This document shows positions 16,514 to 26,239 of a stretch of DNA of 41,795 bases, in pieces. Position numbers and translations under genes: made by a program. The DNA is from a bacterium (GTDB taxonomy: Bacteria > JADJOY01): assembly GCA_046331705.1 (NCBI GenBank), contig JAXLQJ010000061.1:1-41795 (forward strand), written 5' to 3'. The notes beneath the pieces were generated by a model. That model worked only from the letters and a program-made list of their open reading frames with translations, ran no database searches and had not been told where the DNA came from. Numbering within the stretch: position 1 is the stretch's first letter; the number at the start of each line of letters is the position of its first letter.

Positions 16514-17551
16514 ATGGACTGGAACCGTCCCCGCCCCGGCCGCACGGCACGCCTGATGGCGCGGATCGCGCTGCCCATCGTCGCACAGCTCGAGCTCGCG
16601 GGCGCGGACGTGGACGCGGTGCTGGCGGCGGCGGGATTGCGGCGAGCGCAGCTCGAGGATCCCGACGGGCGGATCGATCACGAGCATTGGGTGGCGCTGC
16701 TCGAGATCGGCGCGATGGCCACCCACGACCCCTGCTTCGGCGTGCACGCCGCCGAGCAGCTGTCGAGACGCAGCTACGCGCTTCCGGCGCTGCTCATCCA
16801 GAGCCAGCCCACCCTCGAGGAAGGCCTCGCGCGGCTGGACCGCTACTTCCACATCGTCCACGAGGGCATGGTGCTGAGCCTGCTCATCGACGGCGGCATC
16901 GGCTGCTACCGGATCGATTTCCTGCCCGGCCTCGCCTACCCTCGCATCCTGGCGGAACACATGGTTGCGATCGGCTCGGTGCTGGGAGTCCAATTCCTCG
17001 GCAACGACTGTCCTCGTCCGCGCGAGGCCCGTTTCGCCCACACCGCGCCTGCCGACACCTCCGAGCACGAGCGCGTGATTCGCGGACCGGTGCGGTTCGG
17101 CAGCGAGCACACGGAGATCGTCTTCGATCTGGGCACGCTGCGCATGCCGCTCGACAGCGCCAACACCCACCTCGGCGCGATCCTCGAGGACGAAGCGCGC
17201 CGCATCGCCCAGCGCCTGCCCGCCACCTCCACCCTGGCGGGACGCTGTGTCGCGTGGATCCGCAGCGAGGTGCACGCCGGTCGCGAGCCACGCATCACCT
17301 CCATGGCCGACGAGCTGCACGTGGGCGAGCGCACCTTGCGGCGACGTCTCGAAGGCGAAGGGACGAGCGTGCGCGCCCTGGTCGACGAGGTGCGCGGCGA
17401 GATGGCGCGGGCCCACGTCGCGTCGGGTCGCCTTTCCCTCGACGAGATCGCGCTCTTGCTCGGCTTTTCCGAGGCCGCGGCGTTTCGGCGCGCGTTCAAG
17501 CGCTGGACGGGTGTGAGCCCGAGCGAGTACCGGCGCGAGGCGGGCCCATGA
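16514..17551 (+). CDS. AraC-family transcriptional regulator (OruR-like, N-terminal ligand-binding domain)
   Basis: C-terminal double HTH: MADELHVGERTLRRRL, IALLLGFSEAAAFRRAFKRWTGVSPSEYR. Confidence 0.93.
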   Translation: MDWNRPRPGRTARLMARIALPIVAQLELAGADVDAVLAAAGLRRAQLEDPDGRIDHEHWVALLEIGAMATHDPCFGVHAAEQLSRRSYALPALLIQSQPTLEEGLARLDRYFHIVHEGMVLSLLIDGGIGCYRIDFLPGLAYPRILAEHMVAIGSVLGVQFLGNDCPRPREARFAHTAPADTSEHERVIRGPVRFGSEHTEIVFDLGTLRMPLDSANTHLGAILEDEARRIAQRLPATSTLAGRCVAWIRSEVHAGREPRITSMADELHVGERTLRRRLEGEGTSVRALVDEVRGEMARAHVASGRLSLDEIALLLGFSEAAAFRRAFKRWTGVSPSEYRREAGP

Positions 17552-17597
17552 TCCCCCCGGACGCGGGCCGATTCCCCGCCCTGCGCACCCGACGGCC

Positions 17598-18716
17598 ATG
17601 AGCCACACCCGATACTTCGCGAGGGACTACGCCGAAGCGCGGCGACGATTCTGGCGCGCCGCCGAGCAGGCGAACGCACGGGTCGAGAGCCACGTTCTCG
17701 ACGTGCGCGGACCCGCCGACGAGGAGCTCGCGATGGACGTGGTGCGCGTCGGCCCGCGCCAGCCCTCCCGGCTCCTCGCCGTGAGCTCGGGCCTGCACGG
17801 CGTCGAGGCGTTCGTGGGTAGCGCGCTCCAGACGCTGCTTCTCGACACGGCCACCGAGATCCTGGCCGCCCATCGCGGGCTCGGCCTGTTGCTGGTACAC
17901 GCGGTCAACCCCTTCGGCTTCGCCCATCTCGATCGCGCCAACGAGCGGAACGTCGACCTCAACCGCAACTTCGTCGCGCATCCCGCGGGGCACCGCCCCA
18001 ACCCCGACTACGAAACGCTGGCCGACGACATCGCGCCGGCGTCGCTCGACGACGAAGCCGATCGCGCGCGCCTCGACAGGCTCGGCCGCTTCGTCGCCGA
18101 GCACGGCGCGCGACGATTCGAGAACGCGGTGAGCGGCGGCCAGTACACCCACCCACGCGGGCTCTATTTCGGCGGGCACGAGATCCAATGGTCCGCCGAG
18201 CGGCTGCTCGGCAGCGCGCGCACCGCCGCCGAGGGCGTGGAGCGAGTCGCGTGGATCGACGTCCACACCGGGCTCGGCGCGAGCGGCCAGGTCACGCTGC
18301 TCAGCGACCTGGCGCCGGCGGAGCCGGCCTATCAGCGCGCGGCGCGCTGGTACGGCTCGGACCTCCAGAGCCTCGTCGGCGGCGAAGCGCTGTCGGTCGT
18401 GACCCACGGCTCGCTCGATGTGGCGCTCCTCGACGCGCTCGGCGCGGCGCGCGAAGCCACCATGGTGACCGCCGAGATCGGCACGCGGCCGCCGGAGGCG
18501 GTGTTCTTCGCGCTGCGGGCGCGCAACTGGCTTTGCCATCACGGCGAGCTCGCCCCCGATCATCCCCGGACGCGGGCGATCCTCGCCGCGATCACCGACG
18601 CGTTCGATCCCCGCGACGACCGGTGGCGCGAGCGGGCGCTCTTGGAAGCCCGCCGGAGCGTCGCGGCCGCCGTCGCCGGTCTCGGCGCGCCCGCCTCCGC
18701 GCACGCACCACGCTGA
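17598..18716 (+). CDS. DUF2817 / M14 zinc carboxypeptidase-like protein
   Basis: F..DY.EAR.RF N-terminus, SGLHGVE (HxxE), VNPFGF, VDLNRNF, IDVHTG. Confidence 0.85.
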   Translation: MSHTRYFARDYAEARRRFWRAAEQANARVESHVLDVRGPADEELAMDVVRVGPRQPSRLLAVSSGLHGVEAFVGSALQTLLLDTATEILAAHRGLGLLLVHAVNPFGFAHLDRANERNVDLNRNFVAHPAGHRPNPDYETLADDIAPASLDDEADRARLDRLGRFVAEHGARRFENAVSGGQYTHPRGLYFGGHEIQWSAERLLGSARTAAEGVERVAWIDVHTGLGASGQVTLLSDLAPAEPAYQRAARWYGSDLQSLVGGEALSVVTHGSLDVALLDALGAAREATMVTAEIGTRPPEAVFFALRARNWLCHHGELAPDHPRTRAILAAITDAFDPRDDRWRERALLEARRSVAAAVAGLGAPASAHAPR

Positions 18717-18812
18717 GCGCGGCCTTCGCCCACGCCCGCCGTCACGACCGCAGAGAGCCCCGCCCTGCCAATCGGTCCACCGACGGCTCGTCTCCATCGA
18801 GGAGGTTCGCTC

Positions 18813-19982
18813 ATGAGGTGTCGTCACGTCCCGCCCCCGGCCAGGTCCGCCGTCCGCGGAACGCTGCTCGCGGCGCTGATCGCGTGGAGCCCGGGAGCGC
18901 AGCGCGCAGCACGCGCGGATGACGCACCGGTCGCGTCGCCGGCCGCCGCACCGCTGTCGCGGATCGTGTTCGGCTCCTGCATTCGGCAGGGTGCTCCGCA
19001 GCCGATCTGGGACGCCATCGTCCAGTACGCGCCCGATGCGACGGTGCTGCTCGGCGACAACGTCTACGCCGACACCGAGGACATGGCGCGAATGCGCGCG
19101 CTCTACGCCCAGCTCGCCGCCGAGCCCGGGTTCCAACGATTGCGCGCCGCCACGCGCCTCTACGCGACCTGGGACGATCACGATTACGGAGGCAACGATG
19201 CCGGCGCCGAGTACCCGATGCGCGCCGAGTCGAAGCGCGCGTTCCTGGACTTCCTCGGCGAGCCCGCGGACTCGCCGCGCCGGCTGCGCGACGGCGTCTA
19301 CCAATCGTACGTGCTCGGTCCCGAAGGCCGCCGCGTGCAGATCATCCTCCTCGACCTGCGCTGGGTCCGCAGCCCGCTGGTCTCGGGCCTCGCCGGGACG
19401 TCGCCAAGCGGCGGGCCGATCGAGGGCTACCTGCCGAACGACGATCCCGCGGCGACGATCCTCGGGCCGGACCAGTGGAGCTGGCTTGCGCGCGAGCTCG
19501 AGCGACCCGCCGAGCTCAGGCTCATCGGCTCCTCGATCCAGGTGCTCGCCGAGGACCACCCGTACGAGAAGTGGCGGAACTTTCCGCGCGAGCGCGATCG
19601 CTTGCTTGCGCTGATCCACTCGACCGGCGCGCGCGGTGTGGTGTTTCTCTCCGGCGATCGGCACGATGCCGAGCTCTCGCTGCTTCCCGCCGCCGGCGGC
19701 GTCGACGGGCTCACCGGCGAGCGCACCCCAAACCCGGCGGCGTACCCACTCTTCGACCTCACCTCGTCGTCGTTCAACGCGCCGCGCCCCTGGACGTGGG
19801 ACGTGAACCGGCACCGGATCGGCGACGTGTTCTGGGGTGCCAACTTCGGCACCGTCGAGATCGATTGGTCGCAGCCCGATCCGCTGGTCACCCTCGGGAT
19901 CCGCGACGCGACCGGCACCCGCGCCTTCGGCCACACCGTCCCGCTCTCGACGCTCGCCCCGCACACGCTCGGCAGCCGCTGA
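18813..19982 (+). CDS. phoD: Alkaline phosphatase D family protein
   Basis: FGSC, LGDNVYAD, TWDDHDY, LLDLR, LGPDQWSWL, LSGDRH. Signal-like N-terminus, GGAGG RBS. Confidence 0.88.
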   Translation: MRCRHVPPPARSAVRGTLLAALIAWSPGAQRAARADDAPVASPAAAPLSRIVFGSCIRQGAPQPIWDAIVQYAPDATVLLGDNVYADTEDMARMRALYAQLAAEPGFQRLRAATRLYATWDDHDYGGNDAGAEYPMRAESKRAFLDFLGEPADSPRRLRDGVYQSYVLGPEGRRVQIILLDLRWVRSPLVSGLAGTSPSGGPIEGYLPNDDPAATILGPDQWSWLARELERPAELRLIGSSIQVLAEDHPYEKWRNFPRERDRLLALIHSTGARGVVFLSGDRHDAELSLLPAAGGVDGLTGERTPNPAAYPLFDLTSSSFNAPRPWTWDVNRHRIGDVFWGANFGTVEIDWSQPDPLVTLGIRDATGTRAFGHTVPLSTLAPHTLGSR

Positions 19983-20044
19983 GCGCAGGCGTCCGGGCGT
20001 AGGACGCAGGGCACCGGGCACAGGGCACAGCGCGGGGCGCCACC

Positions 20045-20086
20045 GCAAAGAAAACGGGGCCAGAGCGAAGTCCGCTCTGGCCCCGT
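20045..20086 (-). terminator. Rho-independent terminator of the protease gene
   Basis: 14-bp perfect stem ACGGGGCCAGAGCG (20054-20067) / CGCTCTGGCCCCGT (20073-20086), followed on the minus strand by TTTCTTT; 22 bp after the stop. Confidence 0.88.
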
Positions 20087-20108
20087 CGGGGAAAACGCGT
20101 GCGAGGGT

Positions 20109-23100
20109 TTACGCGCGACGGCGACGCCGTGCGCGGAACCCGAAGACGAAGAGCGACGCGGGGATCAGCCACAGGCCCAGATCGATCGGCACCTCGAAGC
20201 CGCGCTCCGCGTCACCCGCCACGGCCGCCTCCGCATCCTGCGGCGTGGGGTTGCAGCCCGTCTGCGGCGGAGTGTTGGGATTGCAGTCGTTGTCGACGCC
20301 ATCCCGCGGGACCTCCGTCGCACCCGGATTCACCGCCGCGTTGGCGTCGTCGCAGTCGGTGGCGGATCCAGCCGGGCAAGCCGCGTTGCCCGGATTGCCG
20401 TAACCGTCGCCGTCACCGTCCACGCACGCCGACGCGCAGCTCGGGTCCGCGGAGTCCGCGAGCCCGTCACAATCGTCGTCGATGCCATTCGAGCAATTCT
20501 CGGTGGCGCCCGGGTTCACGGCGGCGTTGCCGTCGTTGCAGTCGAGCTGCGGGAAGCTGCACACCGGCGACGCGGGGTTGCCGTAGCCGTCGCCGTCGCC
20601 ATCCGAGCACACCGGCGTGCTGCTGCACACGTAGGTCTGGCCGGTGAGGTAGAGCGTCCACGAGTTGAGCGTGCCGGTATCCGCACCGGCGGTGTCCTGA
20701 ACCGTCAGCTTCCAGTTACCCGCCGTCGCTCCACCGACGAAATCGGCGAGGGCGCCTGGGCCGTCCGGTGCCGCCGTGTCCGGATAGGTCGCGACGATGT
20801 TGTCGGCGCTGCCGCCCGAGTTGTTGGCCAGGGTGACCACGGTGCCGCTCGGCGACTCGAGCTTCACCACCAGATCCCCTCGGTAGGTGTGGGTGATGTT
20901 GACCGCCACCCGCACGTTCGTGACGTTGCCGGTGTTGGGCACCGAACGGGTGGACGTGATGCCGGCCGCAGGGCTGTCGGGGATCGCGATGGGCGTATCC
21001 GTGGACGCGTAGGCGTTCTCGCTGCCGGCGACCGAGGCGCCCACGACCTGTGTGAAGGAGTCGTTGAAGGTTCCCTGGCCGGTGGCGATGGCGAGATCGA
21101 AGTCGATGGTGGTGCCGCACGCGACACCCGAGCTGACCGAGTAGCTGTAGTGCGGCGCGAGCGAGGTGGCCTGCGAGTTCGCAGGCACGTTGGGGAAGCT
21201 CGCGACGTTGTCGGTGATCGTGATGCCCGGGGTGGCGGTGCTGAGCGTCGCGCTCACGCCGGTGGACGGCTGCGAGTTGCTCGCGAGGGTGACCGACGAC
21301 TGGATGGACTCGCCGGGCTCGACGACGCCGTCGCCGTCGCCGGCCGAGTCGTCCACCGCGCTCGACTCGTAACGGAGCTCGGGACCCGAAGCCGGGGTGG
21401 TCGTCGCGCAGTTCGACGCCGACCCGAAGCAAGCCGCGGCAGAGCCCTTCGGCACGACGATGTACGAGTACGGCTCGCCGTTTTGCAGGCCGGTGTCGTG
21501 GAACGAGGTGCTGGTGGTGGAAGCGACCTTGATCTTGCCGAACTCGCACGCGAACACGCCGTCGGTGCGGTACACCTCGTACGAGCTGGCGCCGGCGATC
21601 GCGTTCCAGCTCAGGTCGGCAACCATGTTGCCGCCGTTGGCGTTGAGCGCGGGGGCGGCCACCGGCGTGCCGCTGCAGCCGGAGGTCGCGACGACCGGCG
21701 TGCCGCACGCGATCTGGTGACGGTTGAACGCGGCGTAGATCGCCGCCATGTGCGGGGTGCCGTCGTTCAGGTTGCCGTTGTCGTCGTCGGCCGCGAGGTA
21801 CTGCTGGTAGCCGCTGGTCGCCGCGCAACCACCGTTGGGTGCTCCGCCCGAGTAGCCAGCGCCCATGTTGCCGCCGCCGATGAAGAGCAACCGGGTCGCG
21901 ACCGTGTGGGCGGTCTGCTCGTCGAGGCTGTACGGCGCCGACTTGAGGTCGCGCTTCCACAGGTCCCAAACCGATTCCGAGTACGGATGGCCGGTGCAGT
22001 GCACCGCGCCGCTGCAGTTCGCGTTCGCCCACGTGTACGTGTGCGGCTGACCCGAGGCGTGCTTCGCGTAGTCGATGTCGCGAACGCCCGTGCAGGCGGT
22101 GCAAGCATCCCCGAAGCCGCTGCAATTGCTGGCCGTGAAGTTGCGCCCGATGCACGACGTGTTGAGACGGAACGCCGCGTAGAGATCGGCGACACCCTCC
22201 TGGGTGATGGCGACGATCGAGGGGTTTGCATCGTTGTCGTCCAGACCATGCCCCCACTCGTGATCGAACACCGCCGCGATCTCACCGGTGTTCGCGCAAC
22301 CGCCGCCCGACCGGTAGAAGTTCACGGTCGAGCCGTTCCAGAAGGCATTGCAGGTCTGGTTGATGTTCATGTTGGCGGTGAGCTGCTGCTGCAACCAGGT
22401 GTTGCTCGGAAGCTGGCCGCGCGCCATCTGTTTGATGCGGTTGAGCTCGTAGAAGCCGCTGCGCGATGCGTGGGTGTTGCCGGCGCCGCCCACGCCTGGC
22501 GTGGTGCAGTCCGTGCCGCTCGAGGCGCCAAAATTCAGGTTGGTCGCCGAGCTGAGCGAGCTGGCGCCGCAGCCGTCGCTCATGTTCACGTATTGCCCGG
22601 TCAGGCTGGCGCTGATGTTGCCGTCGACTGGCGCGATGTTCCCGCCCGCGTCCGACGTCACGTTCCCACCGGTGGTGGTCACGGTGGCAAACGGCATGGC
22701 CCAGCCGCTCTGCTCGACGCCATCCGGAGCGACGCCATCGTTCGTGACGGGATAGACGCCGCCCTTGACCTCACGCTCGGTCGCGTAGTCGTTGGTGTCC
22801 TCGAACGACAGCAGCTCGCCGCTCAGGGCATCCACGAGAGCCTCGAACCGGCCATCGCTGCCCGCGAAACGCGGCCGGACCACCCACGCGAGGCGGTAGC
22901 CGTAGCCCTTGCCCACGTCACCGGCCGCTTGCGCCTTCGCGGTGGCCACGAGGTTGAGCTCGCTCTTCCCCCACACCGTCGCGCTGGCGAACGGCCGGCC
23001 GTGGTCACGCGCCGTGGCGAGCGCCGCGTCCGCGGTGATCGTCGGCGTCGTGGAGACGTCGATGTCGCCCCACTGGGCCAGGCCGAGGAGCGTGAGGTTG

Positions 23101-23696
23101 CCGTGATTGATCACGGCGCTCAGGTACTCGCCTCGAACCGCCACACCCTTCACGACGCGCGGCAGGTAGACGTGGATGATCGAGCCGCGCTCGTGGCTCG
23201 TCACCCGCGCCGAGACCGCCGTCTCCGCCAGATCGAGGCGCAGCGCCTTGGCGTTGCGTTGCAGGTAGGAGCCGAACGCCTCGCCGGCCGCGGACTCGAG
23301 CGCGGAGTCGGTGGTGGGCGCGGCCTCGCCGATCCCTTGCCAGCTCAGGTTGTTGCCCACGCCCGAACCGGGAATGAGTGGCTGCGAAGGCGTGATGGTC
23401 GCCCAGCGGCCGCTGCGGACGTCGATCCGGCCACGGTCGTTGGCGACGCCGAGCGCCGAGAGGTCGTTCGCCGCGCGGGTCGCAGCATCGCCCGACAGCT
23501 CGGCGGGAAGCTTGTAACTCGTCTCGATGTCGAGAGCCGCGTTGCGGAACTCCTTGCCATGCAGCCCGGATGCTTGCGGCTCATCGAAGGCCCGAACCGG
23601 GCTGGCTGCCGCCAGCGCGAGCGTGCACACGATCGCCAGCGTCGCTGCGGGCGATCGGGTGAACCGGCCAAAGTGCGAACGGTTTCGTCTCAACAC
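20109..23696 (-). CDS. Large secreted Zn metalloprotease (M4/M36 gluzincin-like) with propeptide, P-domain, MopE-like repeats and C-terminal membrane anchor
   Basis: AAGGAG RBS then GTG 23696; signal peptide ending SPVRA. CNAFWNG, DHEWGH, EGVAD, P-domain ITHTYRGDL...GTLNSW, two DGDGDGYG..DCxD..PGA.E..DGxDxDC repeats, terminal TM + RRRRR. Confidence 0.88.
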   Translation of the reverse strand: MLRRNRSHFGRFTRSPAATLAIVCTLALAAASPVRAFDEPQASGLHGKEFRNAALDIETSYKLPAELSGDAATRAANDLSALGVANDRGRIDVRSGRWATITPSQPLIPGSGVGNNLSWQGIGEAAPTTDSALESAAGEAFGSYLQRNAKALRLDLAETAVSARVTSHERGSIIHVYLPRVVKGVAVRGEYLSAVINHGNLTLLGLAQWGDIDVSTTPTITADAALATARDHGRPFASATVWGKSELNLVATAKAQAAGDVGKGYGYRLAWVVRPRFAGSDGRFEALVDALSGELLSFEDTNDYATEREVKGGVYPVTNDGVAPDGVEQSGWAMPFATVTTTGGNVTSDAGGNIAPVDGNISASLTGQYVNMSDGCGASSLSSATNLNFGASSGTDCTTPGVGGAGNTHASRSGFYELNRIKQMARGQLPSNTWLQQQLTANMNINQTCNAFWNGSTVNFYRSGGGCANTGEIAAVFDHEWGHGLDDNDANPSIVAITQEGVADLYAAFRLNTSCIGRNFTASNCSGFGDACTACTGVRDIDYAKHASGQPHTYTWANANCSGAVHCTGHPYSESVWDLWKRDLKSAPYSLDEQTAHTVATRLLFIGGGNMGAGYSGGAPNGGCAATSGYQQYLAADDDNGNLNDGTPHMAAIYAAFNRHQIACGTPVVATSGCSGTPVAAPALNANGGNMVADLSWNAIAGASSYEVYRTDGVFACEFGKIKVASTTSTSFHDTGLQNGEPYSYIVVPKGSAAACFGSASNCATTTPASGPELRYESSAVDDSAGDGDGVVEPGESIQSSVTLASNSQPSTGVSATLSTATPGITITDNVASFPNVPANSQATSLAPHYSYSVSSGVACGTTIDFDLAIATGQGTFNDSFTQVVGASVAGSENAYASTDTPIAIPDSPAAGITSTRSVPNTGNVTNVRVAVNITHTYRGDLVVKLESPSGTVVTLANNSGGSADNIVATYPDTAAPDGPGALADFVGGATAGNWKLTVQDTAGADTGTLNSWTLYLTGQTYVCSSTPVCSDGDGDGYGNPASPVCSFPQLDCNDGNAAVNPGATENCSNGIDDDCDGLADSADPSCASACVDGDGDGYGNPGNAACPAGSATDCDDANAAVNPGATEVPRDGVDNDCNPNTPPQTGCNPTPQDAEAAVAGDAERGFEVPIDLGLWLIPASLFVFGFRARRRRRA
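20278..20610 (-). repeat. Two intragenic MopE-related (putative metal-binding) Cys/Asp repeats
   Basis: CSDGDGDGYGNP..DCNDGNAAVNPGATENCSNGIDDDCD and CVDGDGDGYGNP..DCDDANAAVNPGATEVPRDGVDNDCN. Confidence 0.8.
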
Positions 23697-23913
23697 GATG
23701 CTGCTCCTTTGTCGCCCCGCAGCCATCGACGCTGCGGGCAGTGTGCGGACCGGTGCGCCTCGGATGGCTCGGGTCCGGTGATCCTCGAAATGCGCGAAGT
23801 CGGTTTTGGAGCGGAAGTCGAGATTACGCCTCCGACACCGCTGGACGCAACGCGGGAGCCGCATTTTCTCCCTGCGGTGGATCGAGGCGAGACGGGAGCT
23901 GCCGCGCGAGGCG

Positions 23914-25782
23914 ATGATCGAGCCCGTGCCGCGCCCGGTCCGATTCCGATCCAGCTCGCCGACGCCCCGTCCGGCCCAGCGCCCGAGCGCCGCCGCGCCG
24001 AGCGTGCCGGCGACGACGCTCGCGCTGGTCGCGCTGGCGCTGGTGCTGCGGCTGCTCTTCTGGCAGGCCACCGCCGATCGCGGCTGGCCCGACTCCGCCG
24101 CCTACCAAGGCGATGCCGCGATGTGGACGCGCTGGGCCGAGGCCATCCGCGACGGCATCCCCTTCGAAAACGGCCTGCCGCTGCGCCCGCCGGGCGCCGC
24201 CTACCTGATTGCCGCGCTCAGCGGCGATGGCCCGCTGCCCATCGCGCGCCTCAAGCTCGCCTGGTGCGTGCTGGCGTCACTGACCGTGGGCCTGGTCCAC
24301 GCGGCAGTGCGCAGGAGCTTCGGACCCGATGTCGGGCTGGCCGTCGGGGTCCTCCTTGCCGGCTCCACCGGGTGGATGATCCTCGCGACCTCGCTCGACA
24401 ACGAGACCCCTTACCTGACGCTGGTGGCGACGACGTGGGTCCTGTGGCCGGCCGTCGTGCAGGAGCGAGGTGCCGCGGCGCTGGCGGCGTGGGCCGCGCT
24501 CCATGCGTTGGCCTGCCTGGTTCGCGCGGAGCACGTGCTCTATCTCGCGCTGTTGTTCCCCTGCCTGGCGGTCGCGTGGAGGGCCGAGGGGCAGCGGCGC
24601 GGGCGCCGGTCGCTGGCGGGCGTCGGCGTGTCGCTGGCGGTCTTCGTGCTGGTTCTGGCGCCGTGGCATTGGCACGCGTGGGCCGCGCTCCACCGCCTCA
24701 ACCACGGTCCCGTGCAGCTCGAGCCCGGCGCGCGGCGCATGCAGGAAGCCATGGAGCGGCGTCTGGCGGGCGTCCGGTGGGAGCCCGAGGCGACGGCCGA
24801 GCTCGAGACGCTACCCGCCGTGAGCCGCGACACCGCTCGCCTCTTCATCGGCGCCACCCACTGGGTTCGCGGCGAGAGCGTCGTGGCGCCGCCCGCGCTC
24901 GCCATCCTCGCGGACGCCTTCGGCGCGGTGCCGCGACCGCTGCCGGCGCATCCGTTCGTGGCGTGCTACGGCGGCCTCAACTTCGCGCTCGCCAACGACG
25001 CGCGCGCGCCCGGCGGTTTCGCGCGCGGCCCGCTCGACGATTCGCCGCCGCTGGTCGGCGGCGCCGATCGCTATCCGCTGGCGCTCGTCCAGGGGCTGCC
25101 GCCCGCGTCGCTGAGCCTGACGTACCCGCCACACCTTCGCTTGCTCGCGGACGGTTATCGCGTGGGCTGGGAGTCGATCCGCGCCGATCCTGCCCGGTTC
25201 CTCGTGCTCGCCGCCACCAAGCTCGGGACCTTCTGGAAGGGCGCGACACTCGGGCTCGGAGGCTGGAACCTCCCGCTCGGGCTCTCCGGAACACGAGCGC
25301 CAGTCGACCTGGTGGTGCCCAGGACGACGTTCGCGACCACGGCGTGGCGGCTCGCGGTGCTGGTGCTGGCGGGCTTGGGGCTCGCGCTGGCTCGGCCACG
25401 CGCGGCCTTGGCGCCCTGGCTCGCGTACCTGGCGAGCAAGATCGTCGTGACCGTGGCGTTCTTCGGTTACGCGCGGTTCGGCGCGACGGTGATTCCGGTG
25501 ATCGCATTGCTCGCGAGCCTCGGCGTCGCCGGGCTCGTCGAGCGAGTCACGGCTGTCCGCGCGGCGCGGCCGCGACGTCTGCCCCGCTGGCCGGTGTGCG
25601 CGGCGGCGCTGGCGATGGCGTTGGTGGCGGCGGAGGCGATCCGCTGGCAACGCGCTCCCACGCTCAGCCTGGGCGAGCGCCGGGTCACCGCGACCGAGCC
25701 CTTCCCGCCCGACGATCCGCGTGATCTTCTGCTCCGTGTCGGCAGCGCCGACACCGATCGACCGAAGCGCGCGGCGCCCTGA
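23914..25782 (+). CDS. Polytopic GT-C fold glycosyltransferase (PMT/ArnT-like)
   Basis: Many TM helices, Asp in the first loop (YQGDA), RPPG, NETPY, LVRAE, LAPW, GGLNF, YARF. Start uncertain. Confidence 0.65.
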   Translation: MIEPVPRPVRFRSSSPTPRPAQRPSAAAPSVPATTLALVALALVLRLLFWQATADRGWPDSAAYQGDAAMWTRWAEAIRDGIPFENGLPLRPPGAAYLIAALSGDGPLPIARLKLAWCVLASLTVGLVHAAVRRSFGPDVGLAVGVLLAGSTGWMILATSLDNETPYLTLVATTWVLWPAVVQERGAAALAAWAALHALACLVRAEHVLYLALLFPCLAVAWRAEGQRRGRRSLAGVGVSLAVFVLVLAPWHWHAWAALHRLNHGPVQLEPGARRMQEAMERRLAGVRWEPEATAELETLPAVSRDTARLFIGATHWVRGESVVAPPALAILADAFGAVPRPLPAHPFVACYGGLNFALANDARAPGGFARGPLDDSPPLVGGADRYPLALVQGLPPASLSLTYPPHLRLLADGYRVGWESIRADPARFLVLAATKLGTFWKGATLGLGGWNLPLGLSGTRAPVDLVVPRTTFATTAWRLAVLVLAGLGLALARPRAALAPWLAYLASKIVVTVAFFGYARFGATVIPVIALLASLGVAGLVERVTAVRAARPRRLPRWPVCAAALAMALVAAEAIRWQRAPTLSLGERRVTATEPFPPDDPRDLLLRVGSADTDRPKRAAP

Positions 25783-25823
25783 GCGTCGCCTTCGCCACAC
25801 CCACGCGAGCGCATCCGAGAGCC

Positions 25824-26165
25824 ATGCGATTCCGCTTTCTCACCGTCGTGCTGGTGGTCGCGACCTCCTGCGCTGGCTCGGCCAACGGCCCGGCGTGCGG
25901 CGGCTCGAGCGAGGGCGAGTGCATCGCCGCGGGCGAGTGCACGTTGCTGCTCGTCAGCGACCGTCCCGGCGACTATGTCTGCGTCGCCGCACGGAACGCT
26001 TGCGAAGCGGGCTTCGTCCAGCGCGATGCGAGCGCCGCGGCGTGCGAGCAGAAGGCCGGCTGCCGGTTCGTGCCCGCCGAATGCTATTGCCCGCCCGACC
26101 TGACGTGCGTGTGCGGCGGCGGCCCACCGGCCCAGTGCGTCCCCGACGCGAGCGGACGCGGCTGA
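25824..26165 (+). CDS. Small Cys-rich secreted protein / lipoprotein
   Basis: Signal MRFRFLTVVLVVATSC, then 12 further Cys in about 97 aa. Fills the gap between two co-oriented genes. Confidence 0.75.
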   Translation: MRFRFLTVVLVVATSCAGSANGPACGGSSEGECIAAGECTLLLVSDRPGDYVCVAARNACEAGFVQRDASAAACEQKAGCRFVPAECYCPPDLTCVCGGGPPAQCVPDASGRG

Positions 26166-26239
26166 GGGCTGAGGGATCGTTCGACGATGCCCGGCCGCAC
26201 CAGGCATTGCCCGCGCAGCCGGGAACGAAGCGCGAGCCG

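Noticed and set aside
20010-20030. Short GGGCAC repeats after phoD
   Set aside because: Three 6-7 bp units in GC-rich intergenic DNA; too short to support a function.
17496-20048. 850-aa minus-strand ORF (and similar long antisense ORFs at 1451-3628, 3421-5307, 4761-6887)
   Set aside because: They lie fully opposite genes with clear family motifs; stop-codon scarcity explains them.
20889-25724. 1611-aa plus-strand ORF
   Set aside because: Antisense shadow of the protease and off-frame to the GT-C gene. Arg/Ala/Gly-rich with no motifs, as expected in high-GC DNA.
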